Positions 8,362-17,572 of a stretch of DNA of 31,700 bases are shown here, one piece after another. The translations under genes and the position numbers were made by a program. The stretch lies in the IMG/VR virus record IMGVR_UViG_3300035392_000037, positions 1 through 31,700 of that record; one strand, given 5' to 3'. The DNA comes from a virus (Duplodnaviria; Caudoviricetes). The notes under the pieces were generated by a model. It saw nothing but the letters and a program-made list of their open reading frames with translations, made no database searches and was not told the origin of the DNA. Positions within the stretch are counted from its first letter, which is position 1. Each line of letters begins with the position of its first letter.

Positions 8362-8367
8362 AAAGTC

Positions 8368-8385
8368 TTTTGTATATATACAAAA
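8368..8385. promoter_or_regulatory. 18-bp perfect palindrome TTTTGTATATATACAAAA, putative bidirectional late promoter
   Basis: Occupies the 36-bp gap between divergent ATGs (8361- and 8398+) and carries TTTGTATATA on both strands. Confidence 0.7.
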
Positions 8386-8397
8386 CACATTAAAGAT

Positions 8398-8952
8398 ATG
8401 AAAGAAAATATAACTACATTCTCTGTTTTGCTTGATGATATCACATACACTGCAGAATTTAGATCGCCTACTATTGAGGAATGTAAAGATTACTTTAACA
8501 ACACCAACATCTATGAACGAGATGCACAACTTGCTAAACGTTGTTTCGTTTCTGGAGACAAAGAAATGGTTAATTTTGAAGAGTCGTTTATAGCACTTAG
8601 ACTGTTACAAAGCTATTCACATTTGCTTGCTAATTTATTTAACTATCAAACTGTTGATTTTAAATATATTAAAGATGAACACATTTTTACTGTTAACATT
8701 GATGATAAAATAACAGAAAAGACATATAAAGGAACATTTTCTGAACCATCATTTAAAACTATGAAGAGTGTTATGAGTAAAATGTACTCTGGACAAGTTT
8801 TTGAAGCTGAATATGACTTAGCTATTAAATGTTTTGTTGATGGTGATAAAGAACTGTTAAAACACACAGCATATCCTCAGTTGTTTCTATCTTACAAAAG
8901 CTATATGTCAACCATATTTAATCTTGGTGATGCAGAAGTAAAAAAAAAATAG
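8398..8952 (+). CDS. Tail assembly chaperone (gpG-like) with an internally duplicated domain
   Basis: Directly upstream of the tape measure. Two similar halves (LAKRCFVSGDKEM / LAIKCFVDGDKEL). Ends EVKKK on an A10 run. Confidence 0.75.
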   Translation: MKENITTFSVLLDDITYTAEFRSPTIEECKDYFNNTNIYERDAQLAKRCFVSGDKEMVNFEESFIALRLLQSYSHLLANLFNYQTVDFKYIKDEHIFTVNIDDKITEKTYKGTFSEPSFKTMKSVMSKMYSGQVFEAEYDLAIKCFVDGDKELLKHTAYPQLFLSYKSYMSTIFNLGDAEVKKK

Positions 8953-9119
8953 ATGAATGTTACATAGGTAAGAACGATTACCTTAAACAAATGGAAGCAT
9001 TAATAATTGAACATACAAGAATTAACCCATATGATGATGCAATGACATTGGAGATGTTTGCACAAGCCTATGGTGCTGCTGTTTGGATTGCTAACAAAAA
9101 TATAATAAAAGCAAAATAG
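8940..9119 (+). CDS. -1 frameshift extension of the tail chaperone (gpGT-like), not in the ORF track
   Basis: A10 slippery run at 8940-8949. The -1 frame is open for 56 codons (IDECYIGKNDYLKQMEALII...AVWIANKNIIKAK) to TAG 9117-9119, filling the gap to the tape measure. Confidence 0.75.
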   Translation, partial: KKKIDECYIGKNDYLKQMEALIIEHTRINPYDDAMTLEMFAQAYGAAVWIANKNIIKAK

Positions 9120-9133
9120 TAAAATATTAACAT

Positions 9134-11221
9134 ATGATACCTACGAATAATAACCAAATACCGTTTAGAGTTTCTATAATTGATCAAGCTACACAAGAGA
9201 TGAAGCGTATTCAAAGAAATACTGAAAACTCATTAAACGGTATGACGAGAAGTCAACAACATTATACAAGATCTATTAATGATACTCATTTAAAGGTGTT
9301 ACAGCTTCGCAGAGAACAACAAACTGCATCAAGGGCAAGGATTAGAGAGATTAACCAAGAGATAAGAGCATTAAACCAATTAAACGCTGTAAACAGAAGA
9401 GGATTAACTCAAGCTAATACATCAAATAGAGGTATGGGTGGTATGAGCAACTTGATGGGTATGGGAGGTGGAATGATGGGTGCTGCTGCAACTGCTGCAA
9501 TGGTGGCTGCTGAAGTAGCTAAGTATGTAATCAAAACTGGTGCTCAATACTCTCAAGGAGAAAGTCAGATGCAAGCACTTGTTCAAAACTCTGCGCAGAC
9601 AGCAAGTCTATCTGATACCGCATTAGCACTTGGTAGAGCAAGTATATTCACATCAAAACAAGTGCTTGATCTACAAATAACATTGTTAAAATACGGTTTC
9701 ACTGTTGATGAAGTTAATAAATCAACACAAGGACTTATTACTATCGCTGAGGCTACTGGAACAACTCTTGCTGATGTAAGTGAAGTAGGTTCAGCAACGC
9801 TTAGGGGTTTTGGATTAGAAGCTCAAGAGATGTCAAGAGTAGCTGACGTTATGGCAGCATCTTTTGTAAATTCAGCATTAGATATTACTAAGTTTAGAGA
9901 GTCAATGAAGTATGTCGCTCCTGTTGCTAAACAAGTTGGTTTCTCATTAGAAGAAACAACAGCACATTTGTCTGCACTTGCTAATGCTGGTATTAGTGGT
10001 TCACAAGCTGGTACATCACTTAGAAGAATTTATGCTGATGTAGGTATTCTTGCTGAAAAGAGTAATGTAAGTGTACAAGAAGCGTTTAGTATGATTGCAA
10101 GAGAAGGTATTACAGTTGCTGATGCTTATGATGAAGTAGGTAGAACGGCTCAGACTGCTTTAGCAGTTCTTGCTGATAGTGCACCTGTTGTAGATAGGTT
10201 AACTGAAGCATATAATAATGCTGGTGGTTCTGCTAAGAAGATGTCAGACATTATGAAGGATAACTTGTTAGGGGATTTTGAACAATTAAAAAGTAGTGCA
10301 GAAGGACTTGCTATACAGATGAATAAAACTGGTGGTAGTATAGACAACTTCTTACGAGGGTTAACTCAATATGCAACAAAAACATTAGATATTTTTAGTT
10401 GGGTTGAAGAAAAAATGGTAAGCATTGCTGGATTATCTGGCTTTGATTTATACTTAGCTGCATTAACTGGAGGAACAAGTTTAGGTATTAAATCTGCTGG
10501 TAGTGTAGCAGAGAACGTTATATCAGATCGTAATATGAGTGATGCTAAAAGAATTATGAGTGGTAGTTTGCCAGATGATAGAAAGAGAGCATTAGTAACA
10601 AGACTTATTGGTGAAGAAGGTTATAATTCTTTAGTTAGACAACCTGAAATGATGTTGCCAAATGTAAGATTAAGACAGAACAGATTTGGTGTACCAACAA
10701 CTGGATTATCAATGACTGGTAATGCTGTTGATATGTTCACAAATGCTCCAGGTGCTACACCATTAGAAGGACAGACTAAAGTTGAAGGTGGTTGGAAATG
10801 GATATATAGAAACGGGGTGTGGCAAAAAGAAAGTCAAGTGAGCAGTGGTTCAGCTGGAGGTGGTTCATCTATTACAAGACAAGCTGCATTTGATGCTTGG
10901 AAGCAACAACAAACTGTTAACGGAGGTACAATAAGTAATGAAGCAGTTATTAACGCTGGTTTCTCTGAATTTGTAAGAACTAAAGATCCAAAGGCAGCAG
11001 CGAGCAGAGGTTTGTCAGACAAAACAGCATCAACATTAACGGAGTTGTCTAGATCAGCTACTATCAAAGAGATTAACTTAAATATTACAAATATGAATGG
11101 TGTGAGCGGTGACATCGTTGTGAATAACTTAACTGAAGGAAAGTTAAAAGTTGGAGAGGCAATGACTGAAGTATTAATAGCTGCTTTACAAGATGCACAA
11201 GGGTACGCATCATTTAATTAA
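9134..11221 (+). CDS. Tail tape measure protein (TP901-type core)
   Basis: Ala/Ser-rich helical core with ESMKYVAPVAKQVGFSLEET and LANAGISGSQAGTSLR motifs. Confidence 0.93.
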   Translation: MIPTNNNQIPFRVSIIDQATQEMKRIQRNTENSLNGMTRSQQHYTRSINDTHLKVLQLRREQQTASRARIREINQEIRALNQLNAVNRRGLTQANTSNRGMGGMSNLMGMGGGMMGAAATAAMVAAEVAKYVIKTGAQYSQGESQMQALVQNSAQTASLSDTALALGRASIFTSKQVLDLQITLLKYGFTVDEVNKSTQGLITIAEATGTTLADVSEVGSATLRGFGLEAQEMSRVADVMAASFVNSALDITKFRESMKYVAPVAKQVGFSLEETTAHLSALANAGISGSQAGTSLRRIYADVGILAEKSNVSVQEAFSMIAREGITVADAYDEVGRTAQTALAVLADSAPVVDRLTEAYNNAGGSAKKMSDIMKDNLLGDFEQLKSSAEGLAIQMNKTGGSIDNFLRGLTQYATKTLDIFSWVEEKMVSIAGLSGFDLYLAALTGGTSLGIKSAGSVAENVISDRNMSDAKRIMSGSLPDDRKRALVTRLIGEEGYNSLVRQPEMMLPNVRLRQNRFGVPTTGLSMTGNAVDMFTNAPGATPLEGQTKVEGGWKWIYRNGVWQKESQVSSGSAGGGSSITRQAAFDAWKQQQTVNGGTISNEAVINAGFSEFVRTKDPKAAASRGLSDKTASTLTELSRSATIKEINLNITNMNGVSGDIVVNNLTEGKLKVGEAMTEVLIAALQDAQGYASFN

Positions 11222-11239
11222 AAAAAGAACACATACATA

Positions 11240-12013
11240 ATGGCATTAGAAAGATTTAATTCAGCCATCACTAACAAAATCCTTCAAAAAAGGATAAGTG
11301 ATACATTTGATAAAACAAATCAGTTAATCGGTCCAGCTGCTTCAGTTTATACGACTGACTATTTAAACCTGTTAACGAAATTAGCAAGCACTAAAATAGC
11401 TCAGAATGGTATGCCAATAGTGGATCACGTAACCATAACAGCTGATATATTCAACACTCAGACAACTTCTGGTGCATATTCTAAACAAAGCATACCGACA
11501 TTACAGAACAAAGTAAACAACTTAAAAGCTAAGAAAGATTACTTGATTAATGTTGGGGAATTACATTTAAAGAAGCTGAATGACGCATTTAAAATGGGTG
11601 AGAATAATCAGAACAGTAAGTTATTTTCTATATTGCTTGATCACGTGATCATAACTACTAATAGATCAAAAGAAATTGTTAGAACTGTTGTTATTGGTGA
11701 TGACTCAAGCATTAATGAAATTATATCGAATGGGAATTTAGAGATTAACCTCTCTGGAATACTTGCTGGTAACAACTCATATCAAACTGACACAAAGGCA
11801 ATAGAACAACTAAACGCATTATATAACTTAAAAAGTGATTTGTCTATTCAAAGCATTTACCTTAACAACCAATTTGATACATTTAAAATATTAATAGAAA
11901 ACATTTCTTTTAAACAGCGTACAGACTATGGTAATTTAACAGATTACACAATTAACTGTATTGGAGTGCCAGCAACTTTTAATGCTGTTATAGAAGAACC
12001 GTTACAGAAGTAA
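11240..12013 (+). CDS. Tail/baseplate tube-initiator-like protein (DUF6046-like)
   Basis: Follows the tape measure. KEIVRTVV.G...INE.IS.G...I.LSG pattern. Confidence 0.55.
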   Translation: MALERFNSAITNKILQKRISDTFDKTNQLIGPAASVYTTDYLNLLTKLASTKIAQNGMPIVDHVTITADIFNTQTTSGAYSKQSIPTLQNKVNNLKAKKDYLINVGELHLKKLNDAFKMGENNQNSKLFSILLDHVIITTNRSKEIVRTVVIGDDSSINEIISNGNLEINLSGILAGNNSYQTDTKAIEQLNALYNLKSDLSIQSIYLNNQFDTFKILIENISFKQRTDYGNLTDYTINCIGVPATFNAVIEEPLQK

Positions 12014-12031
12014 AAAATATAGACAAAAGCT

Positions 12032-12493
12032 ATGCCTGAAAAGAAGAAAGTAAAGAAAACAACATCAAAGAAGCCAATGTTTTTAAAAACATACATTAAA
12101 TTCTTATGTGATAAAAAAATGGCTGCTGCTGAACTTGGTGTAAGTATACTGACTGTTAATAAATGGATAAGAGAGGATAAAGATTTAAAAGAGATTTTAA
12201 AATTTTTAGATGCTAAAAAGGGTTTATTGTTGAGTAAAGATCAAGTTATAATGGCATTAAATGATTGTGTGTATGCACGTCAAATGAAACCAATAGAAAG
12301 GTACTTAAATGCATATGACATTTTAATACTTAAAACTACTGTTGATGATAACGAAAAGAAAGTCGAAGAAGATGATCCTTTTTTATTTCCTTTTGGTGCT
12401 GAACCATCATTTTATGAAAAAGGTACACCTGAATATGAGGAATCTGTAAAAGGTGTTGCAGAGATAAATAAGAAATACTGTGGCAAAAAATAA
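12032..12493 (+). CDS. Probable terminase small subunit (HTH)
   Basis: HTH-like AAAELGVSILTVNKW. Overlaps the start of the large terminase. Confidence 0.6.
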   Translation: MPEKKKVKKTTSKKPMFLKTYIKFLCDKKMAAAELGVSILTVNKWIREDKDLKEILKFLDAKKGLLLSKDQVIMALNDCVYARQMKPIERYLNAYDILILKTTVDDNEKKVEEDDPFLFPFGAEPSFYEKGTPEYEESVKGVAEINKKYCGKK

Positions 12494-13814
12494 CGAATAT
12501 CACCCATACAAGAAGCAACGAGACATTATGGATTACTGTCTTGATGAAACGAACAACTATCAATATATTGCTGTTACAAAAGGTAGACAAGTAGGACTGA
12601 CATTAACAGGAATTAATATATGTATCAGATGGGCAAGTTATAACCCACAGTCAACCATAATGGTAGTACAACCAACATACAAACAGCTTAAAAAAGTTTT
12701 GAGGCAGTTTAATAAATATTTATCTCCATTAAAAAAGAAAGGTGTTGATGTTAATAAATCAGAGATGTTGATAACATTTCCTAATGGTAGTGAGATACTT
12801 TTAATATCTGGTGAAAGTGAAGACAGTATTAGAGGTAACACTCCTCATTATTTGTGGATAGATGAAGCTGCATATGTGAGTGACTATTCTTGGCAGGCAG
12901 CAATTGCACCTTCGTTGTCTACATCTGACTCAGGTAGAAAAGTGTTGCTATCATCTACTCCAGCAGGCAAAGGAAACTTTTTTCATACATTATATCACGC
13001 ACCATTTACTAAATGCTTTAAGATAAAGTCATCTGAAAGTCCATTAATCACTGAAGAAAAGTTAAAGATACTTCAATATGGCTTGCCTGTTGACTTAATT
13101 GCTCAAGAATTTGAAGGTGAGTTCGTTGATGGTGGTGGTAAAGTATTCCCAAATATTGCTGTTTGTGCAACTATATTTGTATGGGAACAACCACAGAAAC
13201 ATAAACATTACTACATAGGAATTGACTGGGGTAAAGAAGATGACTGTACATCAGTTGTTGTAATGGATGAAGAAGGCAATGTAGTTTTTATTTACAGCGT
13301 AAGGTATATTAAGTGGAATTTAATTGTCGGTAACGTTGCTGAGATTATTAAAAAGTATAATGCTGAAGTGCTCGCTGAAACTAATGGTGTAGGATCTGTT
13401 GCATTTGATGACTTAATCGCAGCTTGTTCAACGGATAACATTGAAGGGTATAATATGAATGCAAAAGGTAAAGTAGATTTAATAGAAACAACAGTCGGTT
13501 CATTTTCAACAATGAGTATAAAGATACCAAGCATTGAACTATATCCTGATTTATATAAAGAACTTGAGTCGTTTACATTTGAATATCAACCAATGACAAG
13601 AACAATTAAGTATGGACATCCAGAAGGTATGCACGATGACAATGTCATCGCTTTATGTCTTGCTAATAAACATCGTTTGGATCATATTAAGAGTGGTAAA
13701 GGAGTTATGCGTACTGGAGCATACAGAAGTAAAACGGCAAGTATAATTGGTAAATCTGATGTCTATAGTAATCTTGATGACGTTATGTATCATCCATTCT
13801 TAGATGAACTGTAA
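12480..13814 (+). CDS. terL: Terminase large subunit
   Basis: GRQVGLT (variant Walker A), IRG...LWIDEAA (Walker B), SSTP coupling motif, nuclease GIDWG...D and HDD motifs. Confidence 0.95.
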   Translation: MAKNNEYHPYKKQRDIMDYCLDETNNYQYIAVTKGRQVGLTLTGINICIRWASYNPQSTIMVVQPTYKQLKKVLRQFNKYLSPLKKKGVDVNKSEMLITFPNGSEILLISGESEDSIRGNTPHYLWIDEAAYVSDYSWQAAIAPSLSTSDSGRKVLLSSTPAGKGNFFHTLYHAPFTKCFKIKSSESPLITEEKLKILQYGLPVDLIAQEFEGEFVDGGGKVFPNIAVCATIFVWEQPQKHKHYYIGIDWGKEDDCTSVVVMDEEGNVVFIYSVRYIKWNLIVGNVAEIIKKYNAEVLAETNGVGSVAFDDLIAACSTDNIEGYNMNAKGKVDLIETTVGSFSTMSIKIPSIELYPDLYKELESFTFEYQPMTRTIKYGHPEGMHDDNVIALCLANKHRLDHIKSGKGVMRTGAYRSKTASIIGKSDVYSNLDDVMYHPFLDEL

Positions 13815-13842
13815 ATTATTGAACATTAGTTAATTAATTGAA

Positions 13843-13920
13843 GTGTGCGCAAAATTCAAAATTTCAACCATATTACTATAGTAATATATATATGGTAGGT
13901 TTTTTGAATTTTGCGCACAC
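13843..13920. repeat. 78-bp nested inverted repeat (cruciform)
   Basis: 19-bp perfect arms GTGTGCGCAAAATTCAAAA (13843-13861 / 13902-13920) enclosing the 18-bp palindrome ATATTACTATAGTAATAT (13870-13887). Confidence 0.92.
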
Positions 13921-13970
13921 CGTAGATAAATGGTTAAAAGATAAACAGTTAAAAAGAATTATGTCTTTCT

Positions 13971-13980
13971 TTTGTATATA
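13971..13980 (+). promoter_or_regulatory. TTTGTATATA putative late promoter
   Basis: 15 nt upstream of ATG 13996. Confidence 0.55.
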
Positions 13981-13995
13981 CTTTAAAAGATTATA

Positions 13996-14358
13996 ATGGA
14001 AACGAAACAAGAACATATTAATTTTGGTTATAGAATTATAAAAGGTGAAAAAATATACCGTTTCTCTCATTCAAGAATGTGTACCAAATCATTAGACTAC
14101 TATTTAAAACTGTATAACATTAATCTTGATGACTATTACATTTACAAGTCAACAAGTAAACAAAAACAAGTAACTATCAATGAATTTCTTGAGTTTAAAT
14201 ATGCCTGTTATATACTATTTGATAAGTCAGTTTACGATAAAAATGATATTGACTATATAATAACTGAATATTCATTTTTATTTTTGGACTGCGCAATAAG
14301 CTCACTATTAAGAAATTATAAAACATTAAATATTAAAAAAGTAAATAGCTATGAGTAA
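13996..14358 (+). CDS. Hypothetical protein
   Basis: 120-aa ORF preceded by the promoter motif and overlapping the next start. No recognised motif. Confidence 0.55.
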   Translation: METKQEHINFGYRIIKGEKIYRFSHSRMCTKSLDYYLKLYNINLDDYYIYKSTSKQKQVTINEFLEFKYACYILFDKSVYDKNDIDYIITEYSFLFLDCAISSLLRNYKTLNIKKVNSYE

Positions 14359-14842
14359 TTTAATTAAAGGATCATTAGAAAAGATATATACGCCAAAAGC
14401 ATTAACAAACCATCTACTTGACTTGTTGTCAGAATATTATAATGATGACATCACAGAGTTCTTAGAACCTGCTGCTGGTAGTGGTGCTATGATAGATGTT
14501 ATCAAGAGTAGGTATCATCAACCAATTCTTGCTGTTGATATTTTTAATGAAACATACAGAAAAGACATTACACAACATAATTTCTTATCTCTTCCTATGA
14601 CATATAAAAAGGGTAGAGTTTGTATAATGAACCCTCCATTTTCAAAAGGGTTAAAGTTTATGTATAAAGCACTTGAGTCTTGTGATATGGTAATATCTAT
14701 ACTATCATATTCATCTTTTACATCTTTTAAGTATGATGACTATAATTGTAAACTCATAGAACTAATATCAAAGCAAAAGTTTTCTGATGGTAAGTCTTAT
14801 GAAATTTGTATAATGGTAGTTACTAATAAAGACAATACATAA
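14351..14842 (+). CDS. Small orphan amino (N6-adenine-type) DNA methyltransferase
   Basis: Motif X (IYTP), motif I (FLEPAAGSG), AVDI and motif IV (NPPF), in gamma-class order. Confidence 0.85.
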   Translation: MSNLIKGSLEKIYTPKALTNHLLDLLSEYYNDDITEFLEPAAGSGAMIDVIKSRYHQPILAVDIFNETYRKDITQHNFLSLPMTYKKGRVCIMNPPFSKGLKFMYKALESCDMVISILSYSSFTSFKYDDYNCKLIELISKQKFSDGKSYEICIMVVTNKDNT

Positions 14843-14852
14843 TTTGTATATA
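14843..14852 (+). promoter_or_regulatory. TTTGTATATA putative late promoter
   Basis: In the 28-bp gap before ATG 14871. Confidence 0.6.
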
Positions 14853-14870
14853 TAATAAATGTAAACAACG

Positions 14871-15293
14871 ATGAAATATTTAACAAGAAATGACTTGTTA
14901 TCTCTAATGAAGGAGAATCAACTACTTGAAATATCTGCTGATGATGAAACAGTTTTCGATAGACTTGAAGACAGAGCATTGTCAGTGATTGATGGTTACT
15001 TATCTCAATATTATAACTTGTCTTATGAGTATGAACAACTATCTAAATCTCGTAACGGTTTTTTATTGAGAATAGCAATTGACATCTTTGCATACGAGTT
15101 TTTTACTTCAGCATCTGTTGAAGATGTACCTGACATTAGAGTAGAACGATATAAACAAGCATTAAAAGATTTGATGTCTATTAAAGATGGTGTTCTACCA
15201 ATTACATTAATGCCATTAGATCCAAACACGAACACAGGTACAGAAGTTCTTACTTTTGGCTCTCGTACAGTGTTATGTGATAGAATGTTTTAA
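14871..15293 (+). CDS. Head-tail adaptor, Mu gp36-like (DUF1320)
   Basis: YLT..DL, IDGYLSQYY, DIFAY and RYKQALKDL..IKDG. Upstream of the portal. Confidence 0.8.
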   Translation: MKYLTRNDLLSLMKENQLLEISADDETVFDRLEDRALSVIDGYLSQYYNLSYEYEQLSKSRNGFLLRIAIDIFAYEFFTSASVEDVPDIRVERYKQALKDLMSIKDGVLPITLMPLDPNTNTGTEVLTFGSRTVLCDRMF

Positions 15294-15313
15294 ACAATAA
15301 AAAGATAATAAAA

Positions 15314-16531
15314 ATGGGATTATTAACAAATATAAAAGAATACTTTAGTCCAAAAGCATATACAGAAAGCGTTCAACCTCTTCCAGATGACACTAACATC
15401 TTATTAAAGATGCACTCTGATTTAATGTATATTACTAAGATTACAATGAAGGCATTGTTATATGCAAGATTAAATGCTGGTGATCCACATAAGTATGACA
15501 GAACTAAACTTTATGACCTTTTTGAAACATACATAGATGACTTACATTTACAAGCAACAGTAAATACATTAAAAGCTAATCTTGTAAGACAAAATTTTGA
15601 AGTGTTAAATGTTTCTGATAGCTCAATAAACGACAACGCAACAATAATATTCTCTAAACAGTGGTTTACTAATTTACAGAATGAATTTATAGATGCTATG
15701 ATGTGGGGACATTCATTGTTAAACATTACATACATTTATGATGATGGATTTGATTATGAATTAGTACCTCGAAAACACGTAAGACCAGAAACAGGTGAAT
15801 ATTTCATCGACTCTTTTTATCAAGAAGGAATTTACTATCGTACTCCTGAACTTTATGACTATCTTATTGAAATAGGTAGTAATGACAACTTAGGATTATA
15901 TAACATCGTTTCAGTAGTAGCATTGTATAAAAAGTTTGCTCAACAATATTGGGTTGAGTTTCAAGAAGTTTTTGGTTCACCATTAAGAGTTGCTAAGATA
16001 AAGAGTAGAAAAGACGATACCATTAGTTATGTTGATAATGCTTTGCGTAATGCTGGTTCTCTTGGTTATGCTATCATAGGACTTGAAGATAGCATTGAAT
16101 TTATCGAAACTAATAAAACAGACTCGTTTAAAGTTTACCTTGAATATTTGAAGTATGCTAACAACGAGATGTCTAAGTTCTTACTTGGTGGTATTGAAAT
16201 GCTTGAAGGATCAACTAATGGTTCACAGGCAAGAGCAATTGAACACGGTAAACAATCTGATCACAGAACAACAGCAATAGTTTCAGGATTTACTAACTTT
16301 ATGAATGATGTAATGATACCAAAGTTAAAGATGTTAAACATCATAACTGACGACATAGTTCTTGTTCCAGACAAAAAAGAAGCATTAACATTAGAAGAAA
16401 AAGGGAACACAGACTTAAAAGTAATTGAGATATTTAACTCTGGATTATTTGAGCCTGAGTACATTGAAAATCGTTATCAAGTACATTTCCGAGAAGGTGT
16501 AAAAGCAAAGAGTGATGACAACAAGAAGTAA
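15314..16531 (+). CDS. Portal protein, Mu gp29-like (DUF935)
   Basis: DLHL, AMMWGHSL, W..FQEVFGSPLRVAK, EMSKFLLG and GSQARAIEH motifs. Confidence 0.9.
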   Translation: MGLLTNIKEYFSPKAYTESVQPLPDDTNILLKMHSDLMYITKITMKALLYARLNAGDPHKYDRTKLYDLFETYIDDLHLQATVNTLKANLVRQNFEVLNVSDSSINDNATIIFSKQWFTNLQNEFIDAMMWGHSLLNITYIYDDGFDYELVPRKHVRPETGEYFIDSFYQEGIYYRTPELYDYLIEIGSNDNLGLYNIVSVVALYKKFAQQYWVEFQEVFGSPLRVAKIKSRKDDTISYVDNALRNAGSLGYAIIGLEDSIEFIETNKTDSFKVYLEYLKYANNEMSKFLLGGIEMLEGSTNGSQARAIEHGKQSDHRTTAIVSGFTNFMNDVMIPKLKMLNIITDDIVLVPDKKEALTLEEKGNTDLKVIEIFNSGLFEPEYIENRYQVHFREGVKAKSDDNKK

Positions 16532-17012
16532 CATAAAACCATTTGACCTCTCAGCGATGAACAACTTCGTTAGGGCGTTGCCCGTAATTCTTGAAGAAGG
16601 TTTACAATCATTCTCAAATCACGTAGTTGATAAAGCTATTAGTTCTATTAACTCTAAACGGTTCGAGAATACTCTATGGAGATCAACAGTAATGAAATCA
16701 TCATCTACTGGAGCATTGAAGCATAGTTTTAATGTTGTAAGAACATCTCCGTTAGTGAACACTATTTATTCATCTGTTCCTTATGCTAATATTCAGAATA
16801 GTGGTGGAAAGATTAAGATTACTGACAAAATGAGATCATTCTTTTGGGCAAGATATTATGACAACGACAGTGATGCTGACAAATGGAAAGCATTAGCATT
16901 AACTAAAAAGAGTCATATTACAATACCAGAAAGACCGTTCATAAAGGATACACCTCAGCTTACAGTTGACTTTCAACGTATTCTGATGATGAAAATTAAA
17001 AAATATGTATAA
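16515..17012 (+). CDS. Virion morphogenesis / tail completion protein (Mu gpG-like)
   Basis: TGALKHS, VPYANIQNSGG and IPERPFI motifs. Exact start uncertain. Confidence 0.8.
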   Translation: MTTRSNIKPFDLSAMNNFVRALPVILEEGLQSFSNHVVDKAISSINSKRFENTLWRSTVMKSSSTGALKHSFNVVRTSPLVNTIYSSVPYANIQNSGGKIKITDKMRSFFWARYYDNDSDADKWKALALTKKSHITIPERPFIKDTPQLTVDFQRILMMKIKKYV

Positions 17013-17017
17013 AGACG

Positions 17018-17542
17018 ATGTTTACAGCAATATATAAACTGTTTAACTATTTTATAGAAACTTACATTCCAGAGGTGAAGCATTTTAGTCTTTACTCAGC
17101 GAATTACATTAACGAAACTAATAACAACGTCATTAGGTATCCAGCAGTTTTCATTGAAATTTTACCAGCGATTGCTAATCAATATGCAGGTGAAGCACAA
17201 TATTTCAACATCACTGTTAACTTACACATTGTTAGCGAGATGTACACATCTTTTGATTCTAATGATAAAATGTTAGATAATTCATTAGCTCATTTAAATG
17301 TTCTTAATGACATCTATTATAATCTTGATGGATTTTCAGATATGACATTACCAGACGAGTTAAAAGTTGATGGTATTCGCATAGATCAAATGAAAAGATC
17401 ATCTGTGAATCTTGGTATTGACTTTGGTAGACGAAGATCATCTGTTGTATCTTTTGAGTTCAGACTTCTTGATGCAACTAAACTTCCAAAAGTTAAAACG
17501 TATATTAAACTACCTACAGTTGATAATTTCAAAGTAGTTTAA
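17018..17542 (+). CDS. Probable tail terminator (Mu gp37-like)
   Basis: YPAVFIE motif, size and position in the head-tail joining region. Confidence 0.55.
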   Translation: MFTAIYKLFNYFIETYIPEVKHFSLYSANYINETNNNVIRYPAVFIEILPAIANQYAGEAQYFNITVNLHIVSEMYTSFDSNDKMLDNSLAHLNVLNDIYYNLDGFSDMTLPDELKVDGIRIDQMKRSSVNLGIDFGRRRSSVVSFEFRLLDATKLPKVKTYIKLPTVDNFKVV

Positions 17543-17559
17543 AAACATCTCATAATTAA

Positions 17560-17569
17560 TTTGTATATA
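17560..17569 (+). promoter_or_regulatory. TTTGTATATA putative late promoter
   Basis: Ends 3 nt before ATG 17573. Confidence 0.55.
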
Positions 17570-17572
17570 TGT

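Noticed and set aside
8362-8529. N-terminal 56 aa of the 535-aa ORF in the track
   Set aside because: It overlaps the divergent chaperone gene and the promoter palindrome, so ATG 8361 is more plausible.
2039-14842. PD-(D/E)xK ORF plus methyltransferase as a restriction-modification pair
   Set aside because: They are about 12 kb apart in different transcription units, with no evidence of linkage.
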